64,000 bases of DNA from the NCBI GenBank assembly GCA_965218695.1, contig OZ244651.1, positions 2,240,001-2,304,000 of the forward strand, given 5' to 3'. The notes under the pieces were generated by a model. It was not told the origin of the DNA. It saw only the letters and a list, made by a program, of their open reading frames with translations, and made no database searches. Below, piece by piece: positions 10,485-20,149 of the stretch. The DNA comes from Nitrosopumilus sp. GTDB taxonomy: Archaea; Thermoproteota; Nitrososphaeria; Nitrososphaerales; Nitrosopumilaceae. Made by a program: the position numbers and the translations under genes. Position 1 is the first letter of the stretch. Every line of letters starts with the position of its first letter.

Positions 10485-11750
10485 ATGGGCGTCTCAAGCC
10501 AGCTGACCGTCGTCATAGTTGGTGCAATAATAGCAGCTGCAATCGTGGCAGTACCATTCATTACACCTGTAAAACAGGACACCGGGATTATCTCCGATCC
10601 CGGATTGGTAGTCGTTCCGGCAGAACCCGCAGAGGCGACAGGCCAGCAGACGCTGGAGGCAGTGTCTGCCCTGTCAGAGAAGGTGTCTGCCCTGTCAGAG
10701 AAGGTGTCTGCCCTGTCGGGGCAGGGTGGATCTACGGAAGGCATTCCCTTAGGGACTGCATCGAATGCTCCAACGGAGGCCTCCCTAATGGAGATATTTG
10801 AGAGAGCAGAGCCTGGAGTGGTCAGGGTCAACGTAGAGAGGGTGATCATGGATAATGAAGGGCAGACGGTGGGATCAGGATTCGTCTTTGACACGGAGGG
10901 GCACGTCATCACCAATGCACACGTAGTCCAGGACGCACAAAAGGTGGTAGTCACATTTCTTGACGGAAGATCATACAAGGCAGAGATCATAGGGGCAGAC
11001 GAGTCTGCTGACGTTGCAGTAATCAGGGTGGATGCAGACGCATTGCTTTTGCATCCGCTGATGCTTGGCAACTCATCCAATCTCCGCGTGGGGGAGTCAG
11101 TGGCGGCCATAGGAAATCCGTTTGGCCTGTCAGGATCAATGACGGCAGGGATAATCAGCCAGCTAGGAAGGCTCCTTCCGTCAAACACGGGATACTCCAT
11201 ACCGGACGTAATCCAGACAGACACTGCAATCAATCCTGGGAACTCCGGCGGTCCGCTTTTGAACATGATGGGGGAGACTGTGGGGATCAACACTGCAATC
11301 CAGTCGGCCACAGGGGAATTTACAGGTGTGGGATTTGCAATTCCTTCACAGACCATCAAAAAGATAATACCCATACTGATCGAGACCGGGGAGTACAGGC
11401 ACCCGTGGGTTGGAATCTCAGGAACCGACATCTATCCGGATTTGGCCGACGTTTTAGGACTGGAAGAGTCCATAGGATTCCTGATCGTGACTGTCGTGGA
11501 GGACAGCCCTGCATTCAATGGGGGGCTCAGGGGTTCAGACGAGACCATCCAGGCTGACGGGACAGACTATCAGGTAGGCGGGGATGTCATATTATCGGTG
11601 GACGGAACAGACGTCAGAAAGATCGATGACATCCTGATACACCTTCAGAGGGTAAAGACGGTAGGAGACGAGATGGTTTTGGGAATTCTAAGGGACGGCC
11701 AGACCATTGATGTTACAATCGTGCTGCAGGCAAGGCCTGGCCCGAACTAG
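10485..11750 (+). CDS. HtrA/DegP-like trypsin serine protease with PDZ domain
   Basis: N-terminal anchor, GSGF, ITNAHVV, DVAVI, IQTDTAINPGNSGGPL, PDZ (SPA..GG, GDVILSVDG). Confidence 0.95.
   Translation: MGVSSQLTVVIVGAIIAAAIVAVPFITPVKQDTGIISDPGLVVVPAEPAEATGQQTLEAVSALSEKVSALSEKVSALSGQGGSTEGIPLGTASNAPTEASLMEIFERAEPGVVRVNVERVIMDNEGQTVGSGFVFDTEGHVITNAHVVQDAQKVVVTFLDGRSYKAEIIGADESADVAVIRVDADALLLHPLMLGNSSNLRVGESVAAIGNPFGLSGSMTAGIISQLGRLLPSNTGYSIPDVIQTDTAINPGNSGGPLLNMMGETVGINTAIQSATGEFTGVGFAIPSQTIKKIIPILIETGEYRHPWVGISGTDIYPDLADVLGLEESIGFLIVTVVEDSPAFNGGLRGSDETIQADGTDYQVGGDVILSVDGTDVRKIDDILIHLQRVKTVGDEMVLGILRDGQTIDVTIVLQARPGPN
10662..10718 (+). repeat. 21-bp in-frame tandem repeat (about 2.7 copies) in htrA
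   Basis: GTGTCTGCCCTGTCAGAGAAG repeated, encoding VSALSEK heptads. Confidence 0.85.
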
Positions 11751-11844
11751 ATACGTTTCATGATGGCCCACATGCATCGCCGGCACTGGCAGAGGGGTCT
11801 GAATCGACACAAGCATAAATACAGCCAACCCGGAATCCATTCTA

Positions 11845-13014
11845 TTGAACAAGCTTGTATTAAACTCGGAGAGTTTAAACGGCATATTGGATAACAGGGC
11901 AGTCACGCGTCAGGAACTAGTCGAAATTTATCAAGATGCCACAAGGAATCCTGGCGAGCTGTTCTCAACGGCACAGACCCTGCGAAGGAGGTTCAAGGGG
12001 GACGCAGTCACGTTCTCAAAAAAGGCGTTCCTCAACATAGTCAACCTGTGCAGGGACACATGCACGTACTGCACATACAAGGCAGAACCCGGGGAGGAGA
12101 AGGCATCGATGATGTCATGGCAGCAGACTACAGACATGCTGCATCTTGCAAAAAGATACAGGTGCGTAGAGGCGCTTTTTGTTACCGGCGAGAGCCCGGA
12201 ACACAGATACGCCGAGGCGCGGGAGTGGCTGGCAGACAACGGGTTTGGAACCACGGCAGAGTACCTGATTCACGCGTCAGAGGCCGCACTGGAGATCGGC
12301 TTGTTCCCACACACAAACGCAGGAAACCTGAGCATGGAGGACATGAGGGAGTTGAAAAAGACGAACGTCTCCATGGGCCTGATGCTTGAGAACGTAAGCG
12401 AGAGGCTGACTGAGAGGGGAATGCCCCATCACATGGCGGCAAGCAAGAGGCCGGAGGCCAGAATGCAGACGCTCGTGGATGCGGGAAGGCTTCAAATCCC
12501 CATGACTACGGGAATACTGATTGGCATAGGAGAGACTGCAGAGGAGACCATCGATTCCCTTCTTGCAATAAGGGACATTCATCACAGGCATGGAAACATA
12601 CAGGAGATAATTCTGCAGAACTTTCAGCCAAAACCAGATACCGGGATGCACGGCTGTCCGCCTGCCGGCCACGACCACTTTAAGATAATTGTGGCCCTTG
12701 CAAGAGTCATCATGCCTGAGATGAACATCCAGATTCCGCCCAACCTCTCCCCCGAATCATACCAAGAGTTCCTCACAGTCGGGATAAACGACTGGGGCGG
12801 GATATCCCCAATTACGCCGGATCATGTCAATCCGGAGTTTGCATGGCCCGAGATCGGCACGGTGGAGAAGAGATCGGCAGACGCAGGATTCAGGCTCGGC
12901 TGCAGGTTTCCGGTGTATCCGGAGTTCCTTGGAATGATCGGCGGCAGGCTCAGGGAGAAGATCTCAGCAATCGAAGACGGGAAGGGACTTGTAAGGGAGG
13001 AGTACTGGAGATGA
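11845..13014 (+). CDS. cofG: FO synthase subunit CofG (F420 biosynthesis)
   Basis: radical SAM CRDTCTYC, PHTNAG, SMGLMLE, IQIPPNL, INDWGGISP. Confidence 0.95.
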   Translation: MNKLVLNSESLNGILDNRAVTRQELVEIYQDATRNPGELFSTAQTLRRRFKGDAVTFSKKAFLNIVNLCRDTCTYCTYKAEPGEEKASMMSWQQTTDMLHLAKRYRCVEALFVTGESPEHRYAEAREWLADNGFGTTAEYLIHASEAALEIGLFPHTNAGNLSMEDMRELKKTNVSMGLMLENVSERLTERGMPHHMAASKRPEARMQTLVDAGRLQIPMTTGILIGIGETAEETIDSLLAIRDIHHRHGNIQEIILQNFQPKPDTGMHGCPPAGHDHFKIIVALARVIMPEMNIQIPPNLSPESYQEFLTVGINDWGGISPITPDHVNPEFAWPEIGTVEKRSADAGFRLGCRFPVYPEFLGMIGGRLREKISAIEDGKGLVREEYWR

Positions 13015-14273
13015 CGGTTACAGAGGCACTTCTCAGGAATGCAGACCCGGTCATCGCAGGCATTTTGGACAGGGCACTTTCTGACAGGGAGGTATCTGCC
13101 AGAGACGGACTGGCGCTGTACGGCGCTACGGGCACGGACTTTCATCTTGTAGGGATGGCAGCCGACGAGATCAGGAGGAAGAGGATCGGGGATGTTGTGA
13201 CGTACGTGGTAAACAGGAACATCAACTTTACAAACGTCTGCATAAAGCAGTGCGGCTTTTGCGCATTCAGCAGGGACTTTAGGGAGGAGGAGGGCTACCT
13301 TCTTCCAGTCGAGGAGATCGTCCGGAGGGCAAAGGAGGCCCACAGCCTGGGGGCAACCGAGGTCTGCATCCAGGCAGGACTGCCGCCGGACATGCCAGGC
13401 GACATGTACGAGAACATCTGCAGGGAGATCAAGAGGGAGATTCCGGATATCCACATACACGGATTCTCACCAGAGGAGATCCTTTACGGCGCACAGAGAC
13501 TGCAGGTACCGGTGAGGGAGTTTCTCAAAAGGATGAAGGATGCGGGGATCGGCACCCTGCCCGGGACATCAGCTGAGATCCTCAACCAGGAGCTGAGGGA
13601 CAAGATATCCCCGGGAAGGATAAGCGTGAGGGACTGGGAGCACGTGATCAAGGAGGCGCACAGAATCGGGATAAACACCACGTCCACGATGATGTTCGGG
13701 CACCTGGAGACCCTCAAGGACAGGATAGAGCACATCGTGAGGCTGAGGGATATCCAAAAGGAGACGGGAGGGTTCACGGAGTTTGTGCCGCTGGACTTTG
13801 TCCATAACGAGGCGCCCATGTACACCCGCCACATCCACGAGGGAATCAAGCCGGGCGGCAGCGGCAACGACGTGCTCCTCACACACGCCATTGCGAGAAT
13901 CATGCTCAACAACTCCATCAACAACATACAGATGTCATGGGTAAAGGAGGGGCAGAAACTCTCCCAGCTGCTGCTCATGTGGGGCGCAAACGACTTTGGC
14001 GGAACGCTGATCAACGAGAGCATATCCACGTCTGCAGGCGCAGACCACGGGCAGCTGCTAAGGCCCATGGAGATCAGAAGGATGGCAAGGGAGATAGGAA
14101 GGGTTCCGGCCGAGAGGGACACCGTGTATAACATCCTGAAAAGGTTTGACGGGGAGGACGAGGGCATGGAGGAGAAGGGACTGGATGCAGTCACAGACAC
14201 GTCCCGCTTTGGATCATACGCGGAGCTGATAAAGATCAACAGGTTCAACTACAAGAATCCAAGAAAGAGTTGA
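13011..14273 (+). CDS. cofH: FO synthase subunit CofH
   Basis: VTYVVNRNINFTNVCIKQCGFCAF, PGTSAEIL, GANDFGGTLINE; ATGA overlap with cofG gives start 13011. Confidence 0.95.
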   Translation: MTVTEALLRNADPVIAGILDRALSDREVSARDGLALYGATGTDFHLVGMAADEIRRKRIGDVVTYVVNRNINFTNVCIKQCGFCAFSRDFREEEGYLLPVEEIVRRAKEAHSLGATEVCIQAGLPPDMPGDMYENICREIKREIPDIHIHGFSPEEILYGAQRLQVPVREFLKRMKDAGIGTLPGTSAEILNQELRDKISPGRISVRDWEHVIKEAHRIGINTTSTMMFGHLETLKDRIEHIVRLRDIQKETGGFTEFVPLDFVHNEAPMYTRHIHEGIKPGGSGNDVLLTHAIARIMLNNSINNIQMSWVKEGQKLSQLLLMWGANDFGGTLINESISTSAGADHGQLLRPMEIRRMAREIGRVPAERDTVYNILKRFDGEDEGMEEKGLDAVTDTSRFGSYAELIKINRFNYKNPRKS

Positions 14274-15625
14274 CCTCCCTAGAGGATGCGCTGACCCATT
14301 CGAGGAACGCAGGAATCGACGAGTGCGAGATAGTCCGCGCGACAAGAAGGGTCACCACAGTACGAATAACCGATTCGGCAATAGCAGAAGTCAAGCAGGG
14401 CCTGGATGACAGGTACGGAATCAGGCTGATTCACCAGAAGAGGATTGCCTCTATTCAGACGGCCAGCAGCGATGATCTGCGGGGATCCGTTGACGATGCG
14501 CTGAATTCGTCAAAGAGCCTCAGGCCCAGGGAGTTCTGGGGCGGGCTGCCGCACGCAGCACGTCCCGTGCAGCTCGAGGGTACGTTTGATGAGAGACTCA
14601 GGGACGTCTCGGGGGCAACGGCTGCAGACATTGCACAGGACATGATAAACTCGGCTGCAGACGACAGGGTTGACACCGTTACAGGATCGCTTAACATAGT
14701 CTCGGAGCGTTTTGAGATAGAAAATTCCAACGGACTGCACCACGCAGACGATGCAACGTACATTGCAGGAATCATCAATGCAGACTCTGAACACGGAGTC
14801 GTGCCGGTATCCGGCATCGGCCACTCCAGTGCAAGAACCCTGTCGGGCTTTTCGGCAGGACGTGCAGGACAGGACGCAAGGGAGATGTGCATCGGGTCAA
14901 TAAACCCGCAGAAGATAGAGCCTGCAAGATACTCGGTAATACTTGAGCCGTATTCGGTGGGAGAGCTGCTCTCGTTTGTCGTCGCGCCAAACTTCAACCT
15001 CAAGACGTTTGCAGAAAAGAGGAGCTGCTTTGCAGGCAGGATTGGGGAGAGGATTGCAGCAGAGGAACTGAGCATGGCCGACGACCCACACATGCCAGAG
15101 GGGATAGGGACAAGATCCATAGACGACGAGGGCGTGGGCACCCAAAAGAGGCTGCTCATAGACAGGGGCGTCATGAGGGGCACCTTTTCAAACATGCTTG
15201 ACGGCTACAGGGAGGGGACAGAGTCGTCTGGAAACGCCACAAGGCATGGCATCCCGATGGGCCGAAGCTGTGATCCAGTTCCGGACTCTGCTGCACACAA
15301 CCTGACAATAGAACCCGGCAGAATGTCCCAAGACGAGATGATAAGGGATACCAGAAGAGGGCTGCTGGTCGGGAGGCTCTGGTATACGTATCCGGTAAAT
15401 CCCATCAGGGGCGACTTTTCATGTACGGCAAGAAGCGGGATAAGGATAATCAAGGACGGCACAGTTGTTCCAGGAGTGCCAGTCAGGATAATACACAACC
15501 TACATGCCATGCTTGGCAGCATCTCGGGGATTGGAAGCGACCAGAGAAGCGTCATTCAATGGGCATCGCGCCCGGCAGCCGCACCGTCAGTCAGGATAGA
15601 CGGCGTCCCGGTAGAGGCCATATGA
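14270..15625 (+). CDS. TldE/PmbA family protein
   Basis: DDPH..G.GTRSIDDEGV, SSGNA, VNPIRGDFS; lacks the HExxxH of TldD. Confidence 0.88.
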   Translation: MTSLEDALTHSRNAGIDECEIVRATRRVTTVRITDSAIAEVKQGLDDRYGIRLIHQKRIASIQTASSDDLRGSVDDALNSSKSLRPREFWGGLPHAARPVQLEGTFDERLRDVSGATAADIAQDMINSAADDRVDTVTGSLNIVSERFEIENSNGLHHADDATYIAGIINADSEHGVVPVSGIGHSSARTLSGFSAGRAGQDAREMCIGSINPQKIEPARYSVILEPYSVGELLSFVVAPNFNLKTFAEKRSCFAGRIGERIAAEELSMADDPHMPEGIGTRSIDDEGVGTQKRLLIDRGVMRGTFSNMLDGYREGTESSGNATRHGIPMGRSCDPVPDSAAHNLTIEPGRMSQDEMIRDTRRGLLVGRLWYTYPVNPIRGDFSCTARSGIRIIKDGTVVPGVPVRIIHNLHAMLGSISGIGSDQRSVIQWASRPAAAPSVRIDGVPVEAI

Positions 15626-15933
15626 GGAGTCACCACCCCTCTTTGAAGAATGCCAGGGCCAAGTATGCAGCAGCAGCAGGCAGCAGCATAACCGCCCCCA
15701 GCCTGTCTTATTCCCGTACCGTGTGACTTGACATGCATTGAAACAATCACTCTCTCCCCCCAAAAGAGAGTCCCATCGGCAGAATGCATGCCCAGGCAGA
15801 TCCCGGATCCTGACACGTGGCCGGCTCCGGTTCTGTGAAGTTGTAGGTACATAGGCATGAATATGGATCTTCTCCAGATTGATGCTCGGGAGGGCACTGT
15901 TCAGAATTGTGGATCAATGTTAAATCATGCCAA

Positions 15934-16065
15934 GCCAGATCATCTATGGTAACCCGTCCCCGGACCTATCCTTGCCTTGCGTCCGGCTTGCCACTTTGTG
16001 TATGCCTTTTGCCCTCTTAAGCATTATCTGCGGACAGAATCCTGCCAGATCCGCAGAAGATACGG
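15934..16065. repeat. solo arm of the long-TIR MITE at 26383-26655
   Basis: shares ATCTATG.TAACCC.TCCCCGG, TTGCGTCC.GCTTG, CTTAAGC, CAGAATCCTGCCAGATCCGC with 26390-26503. Confidence 0.75.
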
Positions 16066-16217
16066 CTGTTTGCCCCGCGACGTGACATGCATAATCCCTT
16101 CCGGGGGGTCTGGGGGGCGTCCCCCCAGCATTCATGTAAAAACATCCCGTCATTCCCATAATTTGTGCACAGCATCCGCTATATCCGGCAGGTCTGCTGA
16201 CGTCACCGGTTCTGCGT

Positions 16218-17291
16218 CTACACCCTCATCAGCTTCTTCATCTTGGTGCGGTACAGCGTCTTGTTCCTGTCCACGTACAGGGTGCCGTCCGACAGCATAT
16301 GCCATATGATCGTCAGCATCTTGTTTGCGACGTGCGTCATGGCAATGTACGGCTTGTGCCTCTTGATCAGGCGGGCATAGTACCCCTTCATCCTCACGTC
16401 GTGGTGCGCTGCGACCATCGCGCACTGGATCATCACCCAGTTGACCTTCCGGTTCGAATCCTTCTTCATCCTGCCGTGGTACAACGTGTCGCCGGACTGG
16501 TGGAGCGTGGGACACATCCCGGCCCAAGACACGAGCTTCTTTGGGCTGTCAAACCTTTCGATGCCGTCGATCTCCGCTGACACGAGTGCAACCGAGAACA
16601 CGCTCATCCCCGTCATGCTCAGTATTTTGGAGCTGTAGCTGCCGCTGACGTAGCGCCTGATCTCGCCTTCGGTCTTTTTTATCTCGCCGTTGTAGTGCCT
16701 TATCCTGGATATGCAGCGGTCAAGGACGAACCTGTCGTGGACGCTTCCCATGTCCGCCCCCACGAGGTATTCCAGTACCTTCTCGCTCCAGACGTCTTGT
16801 CCACCGTCCTTGGGGCTGATGTCGTACTTGTCAGTCAGCGTGTGCCCGAAGTTGATCTCGCTTGTCCTGTCCTGCACCAGACGGATCTGGTATCTGATGA
16901 CCTGCTTTATCCCACGGGATTCCGTGGATCCTATGTGGCATGCGGGAACCAAATCGGCCCTGAGCAGGTGGGCAAGCGTCCTTGCGTCGACGGTGTCGTT
17001 CTTTATGCTGGCCCACGCGATTGCCTTGATCTTGAACGGGTTGGCAAGGTCGATGGGGATTCCCGCCTGCTCAAACGCGTCTGCCGTCTTTATCCAGTGG
17101 TTTCCGGTAGACTCGCAGACCGCCCTGCACTGCCCGTATTCGGTCCTGGCACTTGCCGCAAACTCGGAGGCGCCTGCCACGGTGTTGGCGTACGAGGATT
17201 CCTCGAGAATGTTTCCCTTTGAATCCATTATGCACGTGACGCACTTCCTCTTTCCAATGTCTATTCCGATACTCTTTTCTATTTTTCTCAC
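16218..17291 (-). CDS. IS110-family DEDD recombinase/transposase
   Basis: IGIDIGK, VCESTG, IKNDTVDARTLA, FDSPKKLVSWAGMCPTLHQSG (serine motif). Confidence 0.95.
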   Translation of the reverse strand: MRKIEKSIGIDIGKRKCVTCIMDSKGNILEESSYANTVAGASEFAASARTEYGQCRAVCESTGNHWIKTADAFEQAGIPIDLANPFKIKAIAWASIKNDTVDARTLAHLLRADLVPACHIGSTESRGIKQVIRYQIRLVQDRTSEINFGHTLTDKYDISPKDGGQDVWSEKVLEYLVGADMGSVHDRFVLDRCISRIRHYNGEIKKTEGEIRRYVSGSYSSKILSMTGMSVFSVALVSAEIDGIERFDSPKKLVSWAGMCPTLHQSGDTLYHGRMKKDSNRKVNWVMIQCAMVAAHHDVRMKGYYARLIKRHKPYIAMTHVANKMLTIIWHMLSDGTLYVDRNKTLYRTKMKKLMRV

Positions 17292-17299
17292 CTCCCTTT

Positions 17300-17448
17300 T
17301 GCTTGTGGCAGGCCGGAAGCTGCAAACATCTATCAGGGCTCGGAACCCAGTAACACAGCAGCTCGGATGGCCCCATTCACTAAACAGGCCTTGATGGCCA
17401 TGATCTGATAGGGGTCGGCCCGCTACGTATGGTGGGCGTGTGGGGTTA
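17300..17448 (-). ncRNA. candidate IS110 bridge RNA
   Basis: two tandem stem/internal-loop/hairpin modules (17369-17420 and 17318-17363) directly upstream of the recombinase; transcribed strand not established. Confidence 0.6.
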
Positions 17449-17485
17449 TCATGCGTTCACCAAAAATGAACAGTACCTACTGGAA

Positions 17486-19249
17486 GTAATTGTTTCGCTT
17501 TTTGAAGTAACCGGATGGCCTAGCGGACATCCATGGTACCGGGAATGAATCTAATAATTTCGTACTCGGGATGACAAAGTTAGACCATCGCGATCCAAGT
17601 ACGAGTGGGTGCCAGTCCCTTCGATCTTTGGAAATGAAGGAACCAGCACGCCGAACATGCTTGGAGGCGGAGGAATTTAAGGCAATGCACGAACACTCCT
17701 TGCCGCAAATCCCGCTGGATGCCGGGGCGTGCATGGAACCAGGGTGCAGGTGCTGCCTGCACTGGGCAAAAATGTTCGGCGACGTGCTAGGCCCAACCCG
17801 CAAGATCCTGGAGGCAGCCTGCGAAATTGCAGGCGAGTCGGGCGCAGACTGGAAGGAGGCCGGGCGCCTGCAGGCGCTCGTCTCGTCCCTCACAGAGGAC
17901 AACAAGAGGTACGCCAAGACAAACAGGGATCTCAACGCCAAGGCAAACGGGATCAGCGTCCCCGCGCCCAAGAAGAAGGCCGGTCAGGGAAAGAAGGCCG
18001 CCGGCAGGCCCAAGGGGCAGAAACCCACCGTCAACTGCAGGCCAAAGCGCGTGGACCGCGTCGAGGAGATCGACTGCAAGGAGTGCCCCGACTGCGGCGG
18101 CGGGCTCTCTGGGAGGGTGACTGCCGAGTACGATCGCATCGTGACTGTCATGCGCGTCCTGTTGGAGAACGTCAGGTACGTCATCAAGCGGCGCTGGTGC
18201 CGCGTGTGCAAAAGACAGGTCTCCGGGAGGGTTCCCGGCGCGGCAAAACACGCGCGCCGTTCATCAAACTTTGACGCGGTCATGACGTCCCTGAACATGA
18301 ATGGCATGTCGCATGCCAGGACCGCAGAATTTGGCGGCGACGCGTTGGGGCACGTAACCTCGCGCTCGTCTGCCTACCGCGGCAAGATCAGGCAGGCCGG
18401 GCGCATGGCGCCGGAACGCGATTCGGTAAGGGAGCGCGTGCTGGAGGCGCCACACCTGAACGTAGACGAGTTTCACTGGCCGCTGGGCGGCAAGCGCGGC
18501 TACGGGATAGTGGCTCTGGCAAAAAATCACTGCCTCGTGGAGGTGGCCGACTCGCGGGACATCAAGACGCTCCGCCAGACGCTCCCGGGCTACCGGGGAA
18601 CCATAACGCAGGACTCGTATCCCGGGTGGCTCCACGTGGGATCGTGCCGCCAGATGTGCGTGTGGCACCAGGAACGCCTGGTGCAAAAGGACGTCCTGAC
18701 CAACCCCGGGGGTGACGTTCCGGCGTTTCTGGACAGGCTGTCGGCAATCCACATGAAGATTTACCGCGCCTCCAGGATCAAGGACCGGCACCCAAGGATC
18801 GTCGCTGCCCGCTGCATAGACGCGGAGCTGCGCGAGCTGATGAACGAACCGTTTGCAGGCGACGGGGACGGCACCATCGCCCGGCACAAGAAGAGGTACC
18901 CGCGGGAGGGATATTTCATGACCACCTGCCTGCACGTGGACGGCATCGAGCCTGACAACAACGCAGTCGAGAGGGCCAACCGGAGGTTCGTGGCCGTAAG
19001 GAGCGACGGGGGCGGGAACCGCTCCAGGAAGGGCATGGATGCCAACTCGATCCTGTTCACGCTGCTGGCAACTGACAGGATCAACAAGGACAGCTTCTTT
19101 GATCACCTGGTCCGCTCGTCTTCCGGGGACGGATGAGGCGCCGTCCGACGGCACGTGCAGTGCGTCACGGGGAAAAAGAGTCCACGGTAAGGGGAAGGCT
19201 GCACCCGCTCCGCTGCCAAGCAGCCCACTTCAAAAAGCGAAACTATTAC
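17486..19249 (+). mobile_element. IS66-family (single-ORF, ISBst12-like) insertion sequence
   Basis: 23-bp TIRs GTAATTGTTTCGCTTTTTGAAGT / ACTTCAAAAAGCGAAACTATTAC; 8-bp TSD TACTGGAA (17478-17485, 19250-19257). Confidence 0.93.
17571..19136 (+). CDS. IS66-family transposase
   Basis: coiled coil, GRPKG, CPDCG..C..C zinc ribbon, NVDEF, TQDSY, QMCVWH, PDNNAVERANR; true start may be downstream. Confidence 0.9.
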   Translation: MTKLDHRDPSTSGCQSLRSLEMKEPARRTCLEAEEFKAMHEHSLPQIPLDAGACMEPGCRCCLHWAKMFGDVLGPTRKILEAACEIAGESGADWKEAGRLQALVSSLTEDNKRYAKTNRDLNAKANGISVPAPKKKAGQGKKAAGRPKGQKPTVNCRPKRVDRVEEIDCKECPDCGGGLSGRVTAEYDRIVTVMRVLLENVRYVIKRRWCRVCKRQVSGRVPGAAKHARRSSNFDAVMTSLNMNGMSHARTAEFGGDALGHVTSRSSAYRGKIRQAGRMAPERDSVRERVLEAPHLNVDEFHWPLGGKRGYGIVALAKNHCLVEVADSRDIKTLRQTLPGYRGTITQDSYPGWLHVGSCRQMCVWHQERLVQKDVLTNPGGDVPAFLDRLSAIHMKIYRASRIKDRHPRIVAARCIDAELRELMNEPFAGDGDGTIARHKKRYPREGYFMTTCLHVDGIEPDNNAVERANRRFVAVRSDGGGNRSRKGMDANSILFTLLATDRINKDSFFDHLVRSSSGDG

Positions 19250-19305
19250 TACTGGAACAAGAAAAGGGTGCGTTAGGACTTTTCCTGCTTGTCGACCCGT
19301 GTTTT

Positions 19306-19623
19306 CTATATGGAATTCCATGACATTATGATGGGAGGACCGAAACAGGCCGGACCTATGGAAACCGCCTGCCCGCCCGTGAGGCCAATGCCGATGACTA
19401 CCATGGGCATCACGTACCACCACTTGAACCTCTTTGCCTTCCATACGCCGACTGTCGCCATCGTGGCGAATATCGCCGTCGCGGCCGGCCCTAGGCACCA
19501 CACTACCCCTGGAAAGTTCAGCCACATAACAATCATGGCCAGTTGGTACGCGGCCCCGATTATGCCCGCGCCGGCAAACCACGCGTATGCATTTCTGGTA
19601 AAAAAAAGGAGGGTGGGATGCAT
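19306..19623 (-). CDS. small hypothetical membrane protein (about 3 TM)
   Basis: 105 aa, strongly hydrophobic with a WKAKRFKW loop; cargo of the composite element. Confidence 0.6.
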   Translation of the reverse strand: MHPTLLFFTRNAYAWFAGAGIIGAAYQLAMIVMWLNFPGVVWCLGPAATAIFATMATVGVWKAKRFKWWYVMPMVVIGIGLTGGQAVSIGPACFGPPIIMSWNSI

Positions 19624-19643
19624 CAGTCTACTGTGTAAAAGAA

Positions 19644-19690
19644 GGCACTGGTAAATTTAGGTGATTAGATCACCCTAATTTACCAGAGTC
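19644..19690. mobile_element. minimal 47-bp MITE made only of two IS6-like ends
   Basis: GGCACTGGTAAATTTAGGTGAT-TAG-ATCACCCTAATTTACCAGAGTC; ends resemble those at 28440/28668 and 60282/60399. Confidence 0.65.
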
Positions 19691-19704
19691 ACTGACCCCC
19701 CCCC

Positions 19705-19902
19705 CTAGGCTTTCAAGAGATCGCGGATCAGATTGGCAGAATCTGCCTTCTTTTGTTGTTTCAGGTGGGCCTTGTTGCTACTGTGTATCACCCAAGCTAT
19801 CAGACAACTGGCTACGAGTCCTATGGCAGATCCGATTATTGTACCCAATTCTATCAATTCTAACAATGAAAGCCCGAATATTGGACTTATGTCCGTTATC
19901 AA
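19705..19902 (-). pseudogene. probably truncated single-TM protein
   Basis: TM helix then amphipathic helix, ending abruptly at a G-homopolymer next to the MITE. Confidence 0.4.
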
Positions 19903-20057
19903 TGAGAAGTATCCATGCTTGGCACTTATGTGAAGTATTTTTTCGTCACCGAACTCAATTCAGAGAAGACTCATTTCCAGCTCCCGTAAACCCGACAGAA
20001 CCAATCTGGAGAAGATCTATATTCATGCCTATGTACCGATAACTTCACAGAACCCCG

Positions 20058-20149
20058 GTACATACTCAGGTTCCCCTCAAACTCAGGCGTGAATATACGT
20101 AAAACAGTACATGTTTACGCCTAGACAATACCGGGACCTGAGTATGTAC
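20058..20149. mobile_element. 92-bp MITE with GTA ends (IS66-like)
   Basis: TIRs GTACATACTCAGGT / ACCTGAGTATGTAC; 8-bp TSD GAACCCCG (20050-20057, 20150-20157). Confidence 0.88.

Larger units (their letters stand above)
16132..17453 (-). mobile_element. IS110-family element
   Basis: no TIRs; TCATG present at both presumed ends (16132-16136, 17449-17453); structured non-coding leader. Confidence 0.7.
15829..20054. mobile_element. non-autonomous TIR-bounded composite element (IS6-like ends) with cargo and nested ISs
   Basis: 53-bp TIRs at 15829-15881 and 20002-20054 (about 4 mismatches) starting GGTTCTGTGAAGTT; 8-bp TSD CCGGCTCC at 15821-15828 and 20155-20162 once the 20058-20149 MITE is removed. 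Confidence 0.85.

Noticed and set aside
12843-13010. CofG-CofH fusion or long CofH N-terminal extension
   Set aside because: The extension overlaps cofG in another frame; the ATGA overlap at 13011 is the natural start
18264-19154. 296-aa antisense ORF and similar long shadow ORFs (13484-14248, 40147-41040, 10457-11431)
   Set aside because: Antisense to well-supported genes in GC-rich DNA, with no motifs
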